Below are positions 45,549 to 55,057 of a stretch of DNA of 64,000 nucleotides, piece by piece (the first letter of the stretch is position 1; each line of letters opens with the position of its first letter). The DNA is from Candidatus Fermentibacteraceae bacterium (GTDB lineage Bacteria; Fermentibacterota; Fermentibacteria; Fermentibacterales; JCC-6). The position numbers and the translations under genes are program-made. The DNA lies in the NCBI GenBank assembly GCA_016744855.1, contig JADGDO010000017.1:572-64571 (forward strand), in the 5' to 3' direction. The notes under the pieces are model-generated. The model saw nothing but the letters and a program-made list of their open reading frames with translations, searched no databases and was not told the DNA's origin.

Positions 45549-46766
45549 TTACAACTCTTCCCCCCAGATAATCAGGATGTTTTTTAATCCCTCTAAGGCT
45601 ATTGAAAGCCCCTCTTCAGAAATCCATTCCCGCCTGGAATGAAAGAGCTCTCCCCCGGTAGGAAGGTTAGCAGTTGGAACCCCCATAAAACTTAACCTGG
45701 ATCCATCTGTGCCACCTCTTATAGAACCCTCCTGAACATCTATTCCTGAGAGTCTCATTCCCCGTAAAGCGAAATCAACAAGTCGCCTGTCTTTCTTGAG
45801 TATCTCACCCGGATTGCTATACTGTTCTTTCATGGTCAATCCTATTTGAGAACCCGGGAAGAGAGCAGAGAGACAGTCTCTAATGGCTTCCATTCGTCTG
45901 CGTCTCTCAACCATTCCTTCTGTAGTAAAATCTCTAAGAATAACTTTTACTTCAGCCAGACCAGTATTTCCATTAACGGATAGCGGATAATCATATCCGT
46001 CCCTGCCGGAACTATTCTCGGGCATCTCCTCTGACCTCATAAGAGCGATCAATTCTCCTGCGATTCTCACTGCATTTATCATACTGCCAGAGGCACTTCC
46101 TGGATGAACTTCACGGCCTGTAATTTTCCAGTTTGCCGACCAGGCATTGAAGGTTTCAGATGAAACTTCTGTAACTTCACCACCATCTACTGTATAGGCA
46201 AAATCTGCTCCGAAACGATCCACGTCAAAATTGTCTACACCTCGTCCGACCTCTTCGTCAGGCGTGAAAGCAACAACAATACGAGGCCTGCGGATTGAGG
46301 GATTATCAATGAGCCATTTACATGTTTCCATGATAATTGCGACACCGGCCTTGTCATCTGCCCCAAGAAGAGTTGTACCGTCACTTGTAATAATCGTACC
46401 ACCCTTGTATCGGAGCATATCTGCGCACTCAGCAGGATCAATTCTCACTTCGTTCTTCAGAATGATAGGCTGCCCGTCCCAATTAGTATGCAACTGAGGA
46501 TTAACTCCTTCTCCCGGTGAATCAGGAGAGGTATCCACGTGTGCTATAAGGCCGATAACATCTCCCGGAATTCCACCTGGAACTTTCGCGTAAAGAACGC
46601 CAGTTCCGGAGAGAAAAACATCCTCCAAACCGAGAGTAATGAGCTCGGTTTCGAGAATTCTGAGAAGATCGAATTGTCTCTTGCTACTGGGGCTGCTTGA
46701 ACTATCTGGATCTGAAGCAGTTGAGACTTTTGCATATTTAATAAATCTTTCTGAAATTGCATTCAT
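45549..46766 (-). CDS. pepT: peptidase T (tripeptide aminopeptidase, M20B)
   Basis: Start at MNAISERF (AAGGAG 6 nt upstream). RFIKYAKVSTASDP, IAHVDTSPD, GADDKAGVA, FTPDEEVG, and GGTDGS. Confidence 0.9.
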   Translation of the reverse strand: MNAISERFIKYAKVSTASDPDSSSSPSSKRQFDLLRILETELITLGLEDVFLSGTGVLYAKVPGGIPGDVIGLIAHVDTSPDSPGEGVNPQLHTNWDGQPIILKNEVRIDPAECADMLRYKGGTIITSDGTTLLGADDKAGVAIIMETCKWLIDNPSIRRPRIVVAFTPDEEVGRGVDNFDVDRFGADFAYTVDGGEVTEVSSETFNAWSANWKITGREVHPGSASGSMINAVRIAGELIALMRSEEMPENSSGRDGYDYPLSVNGNTGLAEVKVILRDFTTEGMVERRRRMEAIRDCLSALFPGSQIGLTMKEQYSNPGEILKKDRRLVDFALRGMRLSGIDVQEGSIRGGTDGSRLSFMGVPTANLPTGGELFHSRREWISEEGLSIALEGLKNILIIWGEEL

Positions 46767-46847
46767 AGTGACTCCTTTCAAGAGCTTTATAAGAGTTAGT
46801 ATAATTAGCCGTCGGAGATTTAACCATCATTAGGGAGTTGTGCCAGA

Positions 46848-47570
46848 ATGAGTGTGTTTCTTTCAGAAACTGATATTGCCAGATTTCTTGGACAAAGTCT
46901 CCCCGACACTAGAAAAGCAATAAAAAATAGCAAACTTAAAAGTTTAACAAGACAGGGTCTTAAGGTCTACACAAGAGATGATGTTCTAAACTGGCTTGCT
47001 GAAAACTTCACATCTCTTACGTCGGAAAGATTGATGAAAGCTGATCACTCTTCGGCGGACGGTGGAGGCCTTGACCCTTTTTCATGTGGTATTACAAATC
47101 TACTTTCCGAGAGTGAGATATGCTTCCCGGAAAAAGCCTCTACAAGGTCGAGTATTCTGAGGTACATATCCTCCAAGGCTGTAGAAATTGGATCTGTATA
47201 TGATGACTCTGAGTTAAGGGAACAGCTTGAGCAGAGAGAAATGGTTGTCTCCACGGCTTTAAAATGCGGTGCTGCACTGATTCACCCTCTTGATATCAGG
47301 CAGCTATACGTAGAGAAAGAACTTCTTCTTCTTATTATCCCCCCCCATCCTCTTCCTTTTGGAGAATCCCGAGGCAGGCTTACATCTCTCTTCTTCCTAC
47401 TCCTTTTTCCCGACCCACACAGACACGTACATATTCTTGCAAGATTAAATAGATTTCTTAGAAGTAATGAATTCATTGAAGAGCTTCTCTGTGCGAAGAC
47501 ACATGAAGAAGCTCTCAATATTGTCTATCATCGCGAGCTGAAGGTAATTAGTTTGCATGGTAAGAGCTGA
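46848..47570 (+). CDS. HTH domain fused to PTS EIIA type-2 (PtsN-like) domain; putative regulator
   Basis: N-terminus SETDIARFLGQS...LKVYTRDDVLNWL (excisionase/MerR-like HTH). The C-terminal domain has the GAALIHP His motif and LFFLLLFPD...HVHILARL, typical of EIIA-2. Confidence 0.6.
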   Translation: MSVFLSETDIARFLGQSLPDTRKAIKNSKLKSLTRQGLKVYTRDDVLNWLAENFTSLTSERLMKADHSSADGGGLDPFSCGITNLLSESEICFPEKASTRSSILRYISSKAVEIGSVYDDSELREQLEQREMVVSTALKCGAALIHPLDIRQLYVEKELLLLIIPPHPLPFGESRGRLTSLFFLLLFPDPHRHVHILARLNRFLRSNEFIEELLCAKTHEEALNIVYHRELKVISLHGKS

Positions 47571-47582
47571 ACAGGAGGAACA

Positions 47583-48506
47583 GTGAGTTCTTTTAAAGGC
47601 CGGGACATAATCTCTTTGCGAGACATGACCATTGATGATCTCTGGACTATTGTCATGAGAGCACAGGAAGTGAAAGAAGGAAAGCATGGAGATTGTCTTA
47701 AAGGCAAGACCATCGCATCTCTCTTCTTCGAGCCCTCCACCAGGACAAGACTTTCTTTCGAATCCGCCATTGTAAAGTGCGGAGGCAATGTTTTTGGATT
47801 TGCAGACCCGGGTGCTTCTTCCCAGAAAAAAGGGGAGTCATTTTCTGATTCCATCAGAACTGTCACGGGCTACTGTGATGCGATGGTTATTCGTCATCCT
47901 GTTGAGGGAGCCGGAAGACTTGCCAGTGAAGTGGCAACAGTTCCTGTGATAAATGCAGGCGATGGTGCCAATCAGCACCCGACGCAGACATTCCTTGATC
48001 TGTTTACAATTCATGAGGAATTCGGAAGGCTGAAGAATCTTAAGATCGGTATCATGGGAGATCTGAAATACGGAAGAACAGTGCACTCTTTGACCCATGC
48101 AATGGCAATGTTTGATGCAGAAATGGTTTTCATTTCTCCACCTTCACTCAGGATGCCATCAGCAATACTCTCCGACCTTACAGAACAGGGTATTTCATAC
48201 CGTACTGCTGACACACCTGAAGATGCAGCTGATATGGGCCTGGATGTTCTCTACGTAACAAGAATTCAAAAAGAACGATTCGGCGACCCGCTGGAATACA
48301 AGAACGTTGCGCATGGTTACAGGATTAACTGTAATACTATTTCTGCCTTGGGAGATCAAGTGAGAATAATGCACCCACTCCCCAGAGTTGACGAGATAGC
48401 AGAAGAAGTCGATGCAACACCAAATGCTATTTACTTCACACAGGCACACAATGGCGTTCCTGCAAGGCAAGCATTACTTGGTCTTGTTACGGGAGGTATA
48501 AGCTGA
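47583..48506 (+). CDS. pyrB: aspartate carbamoyltransferase catalytic subunit
   Basis: FFEPSTRTRLSFE, HPTQ, and HPLPR. GTG start after AGGAGGAA. Confidence 0.95.
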   Translation: MSSFKGRDIISLRDMTIDDLWTIVMRAQEVKEGKHGDCLKGKTIASLFFEPSTRTRLSFESAIVKCGGNVFGFADPGASSQKKGESFSDSIRTVTGYCDAMVIRHPVEGAGRLASEVATVPVINAGDGANQHPTQTFLDLFTIHEEFGRLKNLKIGIMGDLKYGRTVHSLTHAMAMFDAEMVFISPPSLRMPSAILSDLTEQGISYRTADTPEDAADMGLDVLYVTRIQKERFGDPLEYKNVAHGYRINCNTISALGDQVRIMHPLPRVDEIAEEVDATPNAIYFTQAHNGVPARQALLGLVTGGIS

Positions 48507-48967
48507 TGGAGCGAGTATACAAAGTATATGCTATCAACAACGGTACAGTGATTGACCACATCCCCACACCCCTTGCACTGAAAGTTGTCGAAATTCTCGG
48601 ACTAGGGAATGAAGGCGTTTTCACAATCGGTGTCGGTTTCCAGTCAAAAAGACTTCCTAAGGGTAAGGATATCCTGAAAATTGAGAACAGAGTACTTCTG
48701 GAAAGTGAAACTGATAAAATCGCATTGATAGCTCCGGAGGCAACAATCAATATTATCAGTAATGGAAAAGTCAGTGAGAAAAGGATTATTTCAGTCCCCG
48801 AAAGAATTTTCGGAGTAATGCATTGTCCAAATCCCAACTGTGCGACTAACAAACTTGGTGCCCACAGCAATTTTGCTCTTGAGGACAAAGAAACAATGAC
48901 TTACCGATGTGAATACTGTGAAAGAGTAACCGGAATCGTACCGGAGAATCTCACAGCACCCGAATAA
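48506..48967 (+). CDS. pyrI: aspartate carbamoyltransferase regulatory subunit
   Basis: INNGTVIDHI allosteric domain. Zn domain CPNPNC...YRCEYCE. ATGA overlap with pyrB. Confidence 0.95.
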   Translation: MERVYKVYAINNGTVIDHIPTPLALKVVEILGLGNEGVFTIGVGFQSKRLPKGKDILKIENRVLLESETDKIALIAPEATINIISNGKVSEKRIISVPERIFGVMHCPNPNCATNKLGAHSNFALEDKETMTYRCEYCERVTGIVPENLTAPE

Positions 48968-48977
48968 AATCAAAAAA

Positions 48978-49017
48978 AACTCCCGTCACCTGAAATCAGT
49001 TGACGGGAGTTTTATTC
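48978..49017. terminator. bidirectional intrinsic terminator between pyrI and the convergent T9SS-cargo gene
   Basis: aactcccgtca / tgacgggagtt 11-bp stem, with an A7 run upstream and TTTTATT downstream. Confidence 0.85.
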
Positions 49018-49026
49018 TATATCTAA

Positions 49027-50853
49027 TTACCTGGTAACCACTATTCGCTGTGCAGCTGTGCCATCAGCACTTTGCATAACAACAGCATATGATCCTGCAG
49101 GAAGAGCCTCTACCATTCCGGTGTACTCTCCGGCAGCAATATTACCTTCATTAATAACAGAAACAGATCTTCCTGTTACATCATAAACAGCAATACTTAC
49201 AGGTCCTGATTGCTCAACTCTGTAGCCAATGGAAAAAGCACCTGCAACAGGGTTGCCTGAAGTAACCCAAATAAGTCTTCCATCAACAGGAGCACTAGTG
49301 TCTCCCTCAATACTTACTGGGTTCCAGAGAATAGCAACATCTTTAAGAGATGGAGTAATATTAGGGTTGCTTGTTGAGAGCTCTACCTGATACTGAAGGA
49401 ACTGTCCGCCCTGTGCAACAACTGAACCCAAATCTCCTGAAGATGTAAGCCATGCACTCCAGCTGCCCATACTACTTGAACTGTATGAGGTCTTCAGTCT
49501 GACTCTAATTGCTGTACCTGTTGGAATAGTAGCAGACCAGTGCAGGTAATCCCACAGAACATTGCCGGGATTAGGTGGCTCTATGTTAAGAATCGAGCTT
49601 GTAAGAGCACTAGGAGTAGTGAACCCGCTTACTCTCCACCAGCTGGTCTTGTCACTGAAATAACCGCAACCAAGAACGTCAGGTACCTGATCTCCATCCA
49701 TGTCACCGACAGATACACTAATGGCACCGTTAAAGTTGGCAACTACCGAGTGAGTATCCCAGTTTTCTCCAAGGTATTCACTGTTCTTGCACCAGACAAT
49801 TCTGTCTTCATCTAAACTGGCTGCAAGAAGCTCCGGATATCCGTCACCATCCATATCATGGCCAACTATATCTGAGATTCCCTGAGCTCCTGCTCCGATC
49901 ATATCATGAGAAACCCATGTGCTCTGTGTATCGAGGTAATCATACCAGTGAAGGTTTCCGTCGCCAGCAGAAGATGCAACCGCAAAATCAGCAGATCCAT
50001 CATTGTTGTAATCGGCTACTGCGACTGATACAGGAGCATTAAAAGAAGATTCGATCGTATTTTTGTTCCATGAGTAGCCATATGGAGATTGAGAGAGATA
50101 TGCAACGATATCATCCTGATTTTCACTGGTTGCAACAACATCAATGTGTCCATCGTTGTTAAAATCTCCTACATCGCAAGCGTAAGCCTGGATAAGAGCT
50201 CCATCTATATAGTTCTGGGTCCATGACGAAGCGGATCCGTCATTACGCCACCAGCAAACATCTCCGGAAAGACTGGAGACGCCGACAATATCTGGGTTTC
50301 CGTCATTGTCTACGTCAGCAGTTCTGATCTGTCTTGCATCAAAATTGGAAGCTACTGTAGTAGGTAGAGCCCATCCCGAGGGGGAATAGTTGAATAACAT
50401 TATCTTATTATCTGCTCCGCTGGATGCGGCAATATCTTTGTATCCATTTCCATCAAAATCAGCGACTGCGATGAATCTTGGGTTGGATACGGTACCAATT
50501 GAATGCTTAGACCATGCTGTACCCATTCCATTGGTATTTTCACTCCAGAACACTTCACCGGAGTTATATGCACAACATGCTGCATCCAAATCACCATCCT
50601 GATCGATGTCAACTGAAACAACATATACAGGTCCGTCTGCAGAGGAAATCGGATTCTCATCCCTATTGACGATAAGCTTCAACTGTTCCGGAGTCGTATC
50701 CCAGTCCATATCTCCGGCAATGTAAAACGTGTCACTCCAGTCTGTTACAGGCCCAGCAACTCCCGGCCCTCCGACCCAGTCAGTTTGGGTTTCACTACCT
50801 GCAAAAGCGGTGAAACAAAAACCGAATGCGAGAATTAAAAACAGCATCCTCAT
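49027..50853 (-). CDS. FG-GAP/VCBS repeat secreted protein with T9SS type-A C-terminal sorting domain
   Basis: Signal peptide MRMLFLILAFGFCFTAFAG. Repeated DxDxDGxxD...FG-GAP units. C-terminus VSIAVYDVTGRSVSV...LPAGSYAVVMQSADGTAAQRIVVTR. Confidence 0.85.
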   Translation of the reverse strand: MRMLFLILAFGFCFTAFAGSETQTDWVGGPGVAGPVTDWSDTFYIAGDMDWDTTPEQLKLIVNRDENPISSADGPVYVVSVDIDQDGDLDAACCAYNSGEVFWSENTNGMGTAWSKHSIGTVSNPRFIAVADFDGNGYKDIAASSGADNKIMLFNYSPSGWALPTTVASNFDARQIRTADVDNDGNPDIVGVSSLSGDVCWWRNDGSASSWTQNYIDGALIQAYACDVGDFNNDGHIDVVATSENQDDIVAYLSQSPYGYSWNKNTIESSFNAPVSVAVADYNNDGSADFAVASSAGDGNLHWYDYLDTQSTWVSHDMIGAGAQGISDIVGHDMDGDGYPELLAASLDEDRIVWCKNSEYLGENWDTHSVVANFNGAISVSVGDMDGDQVPDVLGCGYFSDKTSWWRVSGFTTPSALTSSILNIEPPNPGNVLWDYLHWSATIPTGTAIRVRLKTSYSSSSMGSWSAWLTSSGDLGSVVAQGGQFLQYQVELSTSNPNITPSLKDVAILWNPVSIEGDTSAPVDGRLIWVTSGNPVAGAFSIGYRVEQSGPVSIAVYDVTGRSVSVINEGNIAAGEYTGMVEALPAGSYAVVMQSADGTAAQRIVVTR

Positions 50854-50935
50854 ATAAAACCCCCGTTTAAATGTTAGCGTACGATTCATCGTTATTATGC
50901 TATCTAAATTGGTTCGGGTCAATATCGAATACAGG

Positions 50936-51487
50936 CTATAAAGATCCGGGGGATTTGATCTTTAAATATCTATCCCGCTCACTGAATACACACCCACAAT
51001 AAGGCTGACGGTAGACACCAGCCTCCCTCGAAAGTTTGATGGATCTCAAGTAGCTGCTTCTGTGATCATTGTAAATGAATTCAGTTTCATTCTGCGCGGA
51101 AGCCTCTTCAGCTGCCTGCACCAGTAACTCATGATTTTGATAAGGACTTACAGACAGAGTTGATGTAAACAGTCTTATACCTTGGTCTGAAGCCAGTTCA
51201 GATGTTTTTTTCATCCTGTCAAGGAAACAGGTAAAACACCGATTTTCACCTCCCAGAAGCATTCTGATGTTGTTTTCCAGAGGATAGTCATCCTGGTAAA
51301 TAACAGGCAGACCGACAGACGGAGCCCACTCTTTTAGTGCATCCAATCTACGCTTAAATTCCTTCCATGGATGAATAGAAGGATTGTAGAAATAACCGGT
51401 AACATCATAACCATCTGATCTCAGATTCTCTAGTACAGCTGTCGCACAGGGTGCGCAACAGATATGCAGCAATATTTTTTCTTTCAT
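50936..51487 (-). CDS. queH: epoxyqueuosine reductase QueH (DUF208)
   Basis: LLHICCAPC, GYFYNPSIHP, CFTCF, and YCGCVFSE. ATGA overlap with the ruvB stop. Confidence 0.85.
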   Translation of the reverse strand: MKEKILLHICCAPCATAVLENLRSDGYDVTGYFYNPSIHPWKEFKRRLDALKEWAPSVGLPVIYQDDYPLENNIRMLLGGENRCFTCFLDRMKKTSELASDQGIRLFTSTLSVSPYQNHELLVQAAEEASAQNETEFIYNDHRSSYLRSIKLSREAGVYRQPYCGCVFSERDRYLKIKSPGSL

Positions 51488-52506
51488 ATAGGAAGCTCTT
51501 CCTGACCACAACGGGTAAATCCCAAGTGCCTGTAGGCATGAGCGGTGGCAACACGGCCTCTGCTGGTGCGGTTAAGAAAACCCCTTGCAAGCAGGAAGGG
51601 TTCAACAACATCAATCAGAGTGTCTCTCTCCTCGTTCAAAGTAGCTGCAATTGCCGACACACCAACCGGACCACCAGCGTACTGTTTCACTACAACTGTA
51701 AGATAGCTTCGGTCCAGTTTGTCCAGACCTGCTTCATCTACCCCGTTGATATCCATAGCCTCTATAGCAGTATTCTCATCAATGGTCTCACACCGCATCA
51801 CCTGTGCGTAATCGCGTACTCTTTTCAGAAGTCTGTTAGCAATTCTGGGAGTACCTCTCGATCGGAATGCTATTGATCCAGCGCCAGTTTCTGTTATTGA
51901 CGTTGAAAGAATTCCTGCTGATCGGCTGATTATGGTTCTAAGATCTTTCACATCGTAAAATTCAAGATGTAAAGAAAAACCAAATCTGTCCCGAAGAGGA
52001 CCTGTTATCAGGCCGGCCCTCGTAGTAGCCCCTACAATAGTAAAGTGGTTTAACTCAAGCTTCACTGTTCTCGCATGAGGGCCAGGATCAATAACCATAT
52101 CGATTTGAAAATCCTCCATAGCGGGATAAATGTATTCCTCTACAATCCGTGGTAGCCTGTGTATCTCGTCGATAAAGAGAACATCGCCTTTTTTCAGATT
52201 TGTTAGTATTCCTACCAGATCTGCAGGTCTCTCCAAAGCGGGACCGGAGGTGCAGACAATATCTGCTTCCATTTCCTCAGCAATTACATAAGCAAGTGTG
52301 GTTTTTCCAAGACCGGGAGGACCATGAAAAAGAAGATGATCAAGAGGTTCACCTCTCTCACGGGCCGCTTGAACAGCAATTTTCAGGTTCTCGATAATAT
52401 CTCGCTGGCCGACATAATCTGAAAAAGACCGAGGTCTCAGACTGGTAAAATCTCTCTCTTCAGTCTCGCTTATATTTTCAGCCCTGATAATAGATTCAAG
52501 TGCCAT
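51484..52506 (-). CDS. ruvB: Holliday junction branch migration helicase RuvB
   Basis: LRPRSFSDYVGQ, Walker A GPPGLGKTT, FIDEIHRL, and GATTRAG. Confidence 0.95.
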   Translation of the reverse strand: MALESIIRAENISETEERDFTSLRPRSFSDYVGQRDIIENLKIAVQAARERGEPLDHLLFHGPPGLGKTTLAYVIAEEMEADIVCTSGPALERPADLVGILTNLKKGDVLFIDEIHRLPRIVEEYIYPAMEDFQIDMVIDPGPHARTVKLELNHFTIVGATTRAGLITGPLRDRFGFSLHLEFYDVKDLRTIISRSAGILSTSITETGAGSIAFRSRGTPRIANRLLKRVRDYAQVMRCETIDENTAIEAMDINGVDEAGLDKLDRSYLTVVVKQYAGGPVGVSAIAATLNEERDTLIDVVEPFLLARGFLNRTSRGRVATAHAYRHLGFTRCGQEELPI

Positions 52507-52507
52507 A

Positions 52508-53098
52508 TCAGCCCCTCGATTTCATTGCAACTCCGACAAGAGCTGATGCAGAAGCATCCTCTCCGACTTCAGCGATGGCAGAGTTAATAAGAGAAACCGC
52601 TTCTGAAGAGGGAATTCCAAGTTGTTCAAGTATTGCTCGTGCATCGAGAGAACTCGAACTCACAGCTGGTGTTGAAGAAACAAAACTGCTTTTAGACATA
52701 GAGTCCTGAAGCTTGGCGATAATTTGCTTAGCCCTTGAATTGCCAATACCGGGCAGAGACTTCAGCACCTTAAGATCGCCGGTTGATATTGCCAAAGCCA
52801 GCTCCGAGGGAGGAATCACCATGGCTTTCGCTGCTGCTCTAACTCCCACACCTGAAACGCTGATAAATTTTGTAAAGAAGTCCCTGTCTGAAATACTGGG
52901 AAATGCAACAGCGAGCGGGATGCCTCTGTTTCCTTCATTTACTATCTGAAAAAGAAGAAAGAACTTGGAATCATCCCCAATTGAGACATGTCGAAGAAAG
53001 TAGCCGGGAGCAAGAAGTCGAACTGTAAGAGGTCCGGTTTCGAGCAGTATGTAAGACAAATCTTTACCGGTGACCTTACCACTAATGCTTTCTAGCAT
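52508..53098 (-). CDS. ruvA: Holliday junction DNA-binding protein RuvA
   Basis: Start at MLESISGKV. HhH motifs (FISVSGVGVRAA, LKSLPGIGNSRAKQII). Confidence 0.9.
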   Translation of the reverse strand: MLESISGKVTGKDLSYILLETGPLTVRLLAPGYFLRHVSIGDDSKFFLLFQIVNEGNRGIPLAVAFPSISDRDFFTKFISVSGVGVRAAAKAMVIPPSELALAISTGDLKVLKSLPGIGNSRAKQIIAKLQDSMSKSSFVSSTPAVSSSSLDARAILEQLGIPSSEAVSLINSAIAEVGEDASASALVGVAMKSRG

Positions 53099-53579
53099 AT
53101 CGTTCCTCCTCATACAGAGTAACAGCTACTGCAAGTGCGTCACTAACATCAAGAGGCTTTAGCTCTTCCCGGATACCGAAGATTCGGCAAATCATACCGT
53201 TCACCTGCTGTTTGCTGGCTCTTCCATTGCCTGTCACTGCTTTTTTCACTCTTGTGGCCGGCAGCGATTCCACTCTGATACCTTTTAAACCGGCAGCAAG
53301 ACAGAGAACACCCCTGGCATGCCCCATAATAATGGCAGTTGCAGGATGGCGATAATGGGAATAAATTTTCTCCATTCCCATAACCTCCGGTGAATACTTG
53401 TCTATTATATGTACAAGCCCCTGGAAAAGTTCTGTCAGCCTTAGGGTAAGCGGATCGGAAGCCTTAGACCTCACAGTTCCAGCATCAATCAGCTTCAAAG
53501 AGCCATTTTCTGCTGCTATTACCCCGAATCCGGTTATGTTTAATCCCGGATCAATGCCAAGGATTATCCTTTCGGACAA
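53082..53579 (-). CDS. ruvC: crossover junction endodeoxyribonuclease RuvC
   Basis: ILGIDPGLNITGFGVI, and DVSDALAVAV acidic catalytic residues. Confidence 0.92.
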   Translation of the reverse strand: MSERIILGIDPGLNITGFGVIAAENGSLKLIDAGTVRSKASDPLTLRLTELFQGLVHIIDKYSPEVMGMEKIYSHYRHPATAIIMGHARGVLCLAAGLKGIRVESLPATRVKKAVTGNGRASKQQVNGMICRIFGIREELKPLDVSDALAVAVTLYEEERYARKH

Positions 53580-54305
53580 TTACTCTTCCATATCAAAATT
53601 AGAGAACATGGCCTGAACATCATCCAGATCCTCAATCGCCTCCAGAAGTTTCATGGTTCTAGCAGCAATTTTTCCGGTAAGAAGAACAGAGGTTGATGCA
53701 ACTTTTGTTACCTCTGAAGTTATAACTTTGATTTCGGCTGCATCCATGGCTTCCTTCACTGCGAAAACATCTTCTGGTCCAGTGGTCGCTATAATGGTTT
53801 CATCAACAACAGCAACATCCTCAAGACCTGCTTCAAGCCCGGCTTCAAGAACCTCGTCCTCTGTATGAGCACTGCCATCAATAAGAATCTGTCCCTGCTT
53901 GCTGAAGAGATAAGCAACACTGTTCTTGGAACCAAGGCTTCCACCGAACTTTGTAAGAGTGTGTCTGATTTCTGCAGCAGCTCGGTTCTTGTTGTCTGTA
54001 AGAACCTCAATGATTATGGCAACTCCACCTGGGCCATAGGCCTCGTAAAGCATTTCTTCATAGGTAACACCTTCGAGCTCTCCCGTTCCCCTCTTAATTG
54101 CCCTGTCGATGTTGTCATTGGGCATATTCTGTCCACGGGCAGAATCAACAGCAACTCGCAGCCTGGGATTCATTTCGGGATCTCCACCACCGGCACGGGC
54201 AGCAACAGAAATTTCTTTCACAAGACGGCTGAAAATCTTTCCACGTGCAGCGTCTGCTTTACCCTTTTTGTGCTTGATCGTACTCCATTTATTGTGTCCG
54301 GACAT
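53580..54305 (-). CDS. yebC: YebC/PmpR family DNA-binding transcriptional regulator
   Basis: MSGHNKWSTIKHKKGKADAARGKIFSRL and DNIDRAIKRG. The stop abuts the ruvC start. Confidence 0.92.
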   Translation of the reverse strand: MSGHNKWSTIKHKKGKADAARGKIFSRLVKEISVAARAGGGDPEMNPRLRVAVDSARGQNMPNDNIDRAIKRGTGELEGVTYEEMLYEAYGPGGVAIIIEVLTDNKNRAAAEIRHTLTKFGGSLGSKNSVAYLFSKQGQILIDGSAHTEDEVLEAGLEAGLEDVAVVDETIIATTGPEDVFAVKEAMDAAEIKVITSEVTKVASTSVLLTGKIAARTMKLLEAIEDLDDVQAMFSNFDMEE

Positions 54306-54367
54306 CTATATCTCCTTTATTTATGAGTTTCTTCAATGTGCTACTTTAGGACAGTTCCGGCCTGCGG

Positions 54368-55057
54368 TCAAGTTCTACGACTATAGTAATCTACTATTCC
54401 ATCCCATTCTGGTGTCGATCTTCTAAAAAAAGCGACTCCCGTTTCGGCGATGAAGACCTTCTCGACTTCGAGAAAACAAGGCAGAATTACAATAGCGGTT
54501 TTTACTGAAGAGAGTACAATCTCAATTTCAGCAATCCAATCTGCCTTCTCGGTTTCCTGACCTACAGCGACGCATCTTGCTAGTACCGCTGCATCCATTG
54601 GAGAAATTGATCCACCGCATATATCGGGAAGTGAATTACCGGACTCAACTACAGGAGGCAGATTTGATATATGCTCAGATAGATTCACTCCGATTCCAGG
54701 TAGACCATCTACCGGAAAGGCCGGGAAGAGGAATGTTCGTTTTTCCGCAAGACCACCTGTCTCACTCTTTTTTTTGGCAAGAACATCTTCTTCGTAGCTG
54801 CTACCGAATCTGAGCATTGTTGTGGTAAACTCATTTCTAACTGTTCTTTTTAAAACATGAGTAGTTGCCTTAACCATCCAGAATGGAAGAGGTAGAGAGG
54901 AATCAGCGGAGGCTCTGCACTGTATCTCGAGAGGTTCAAGCCCCTTGTCTCCATTTGACCATCCACTTCCGCAATTACTGCAAAAGAACAATCTGTCCCG
55001 TCCGAGCCCTGAAAGAATGCTGCCACAATTGCTGCATACCAGTCGGGTAATTCTCAT
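54368..55057 (-). CDS. zinc-ribbon protein C of a three-gene paralogous cluster (soluble), unknown function
   Basis: Start at MRITRLVCSNCGS (ATGA overlap with the upstream stop). CxxC-x14-CxxC and an LPFWMV motif. No TM segment. The track start 55240 is an out-of-frame run through the upstream gene. Confidence 0.6.
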   Translation of the reverse strand: MRITRLVCSNCGSILSGLGRDRLFFCSNCGSGWSNGDKGLEPLEIQCRASADSSLPLPFWMVKATTHVLKRTVRNEFTTTMLRFGSSYEEDVLAKKKSETGGLAEKRTFLFPAFPVDGLPGIGVNLSEHISNLPPVVESGNSLPDICGGSISPMDAAVLARCVAVGQETEKADWIAEIEIVLSSVKTAIVILPCFLEVEKVFIAETGVAFFRRSTPEWDGIVDYYSRRT

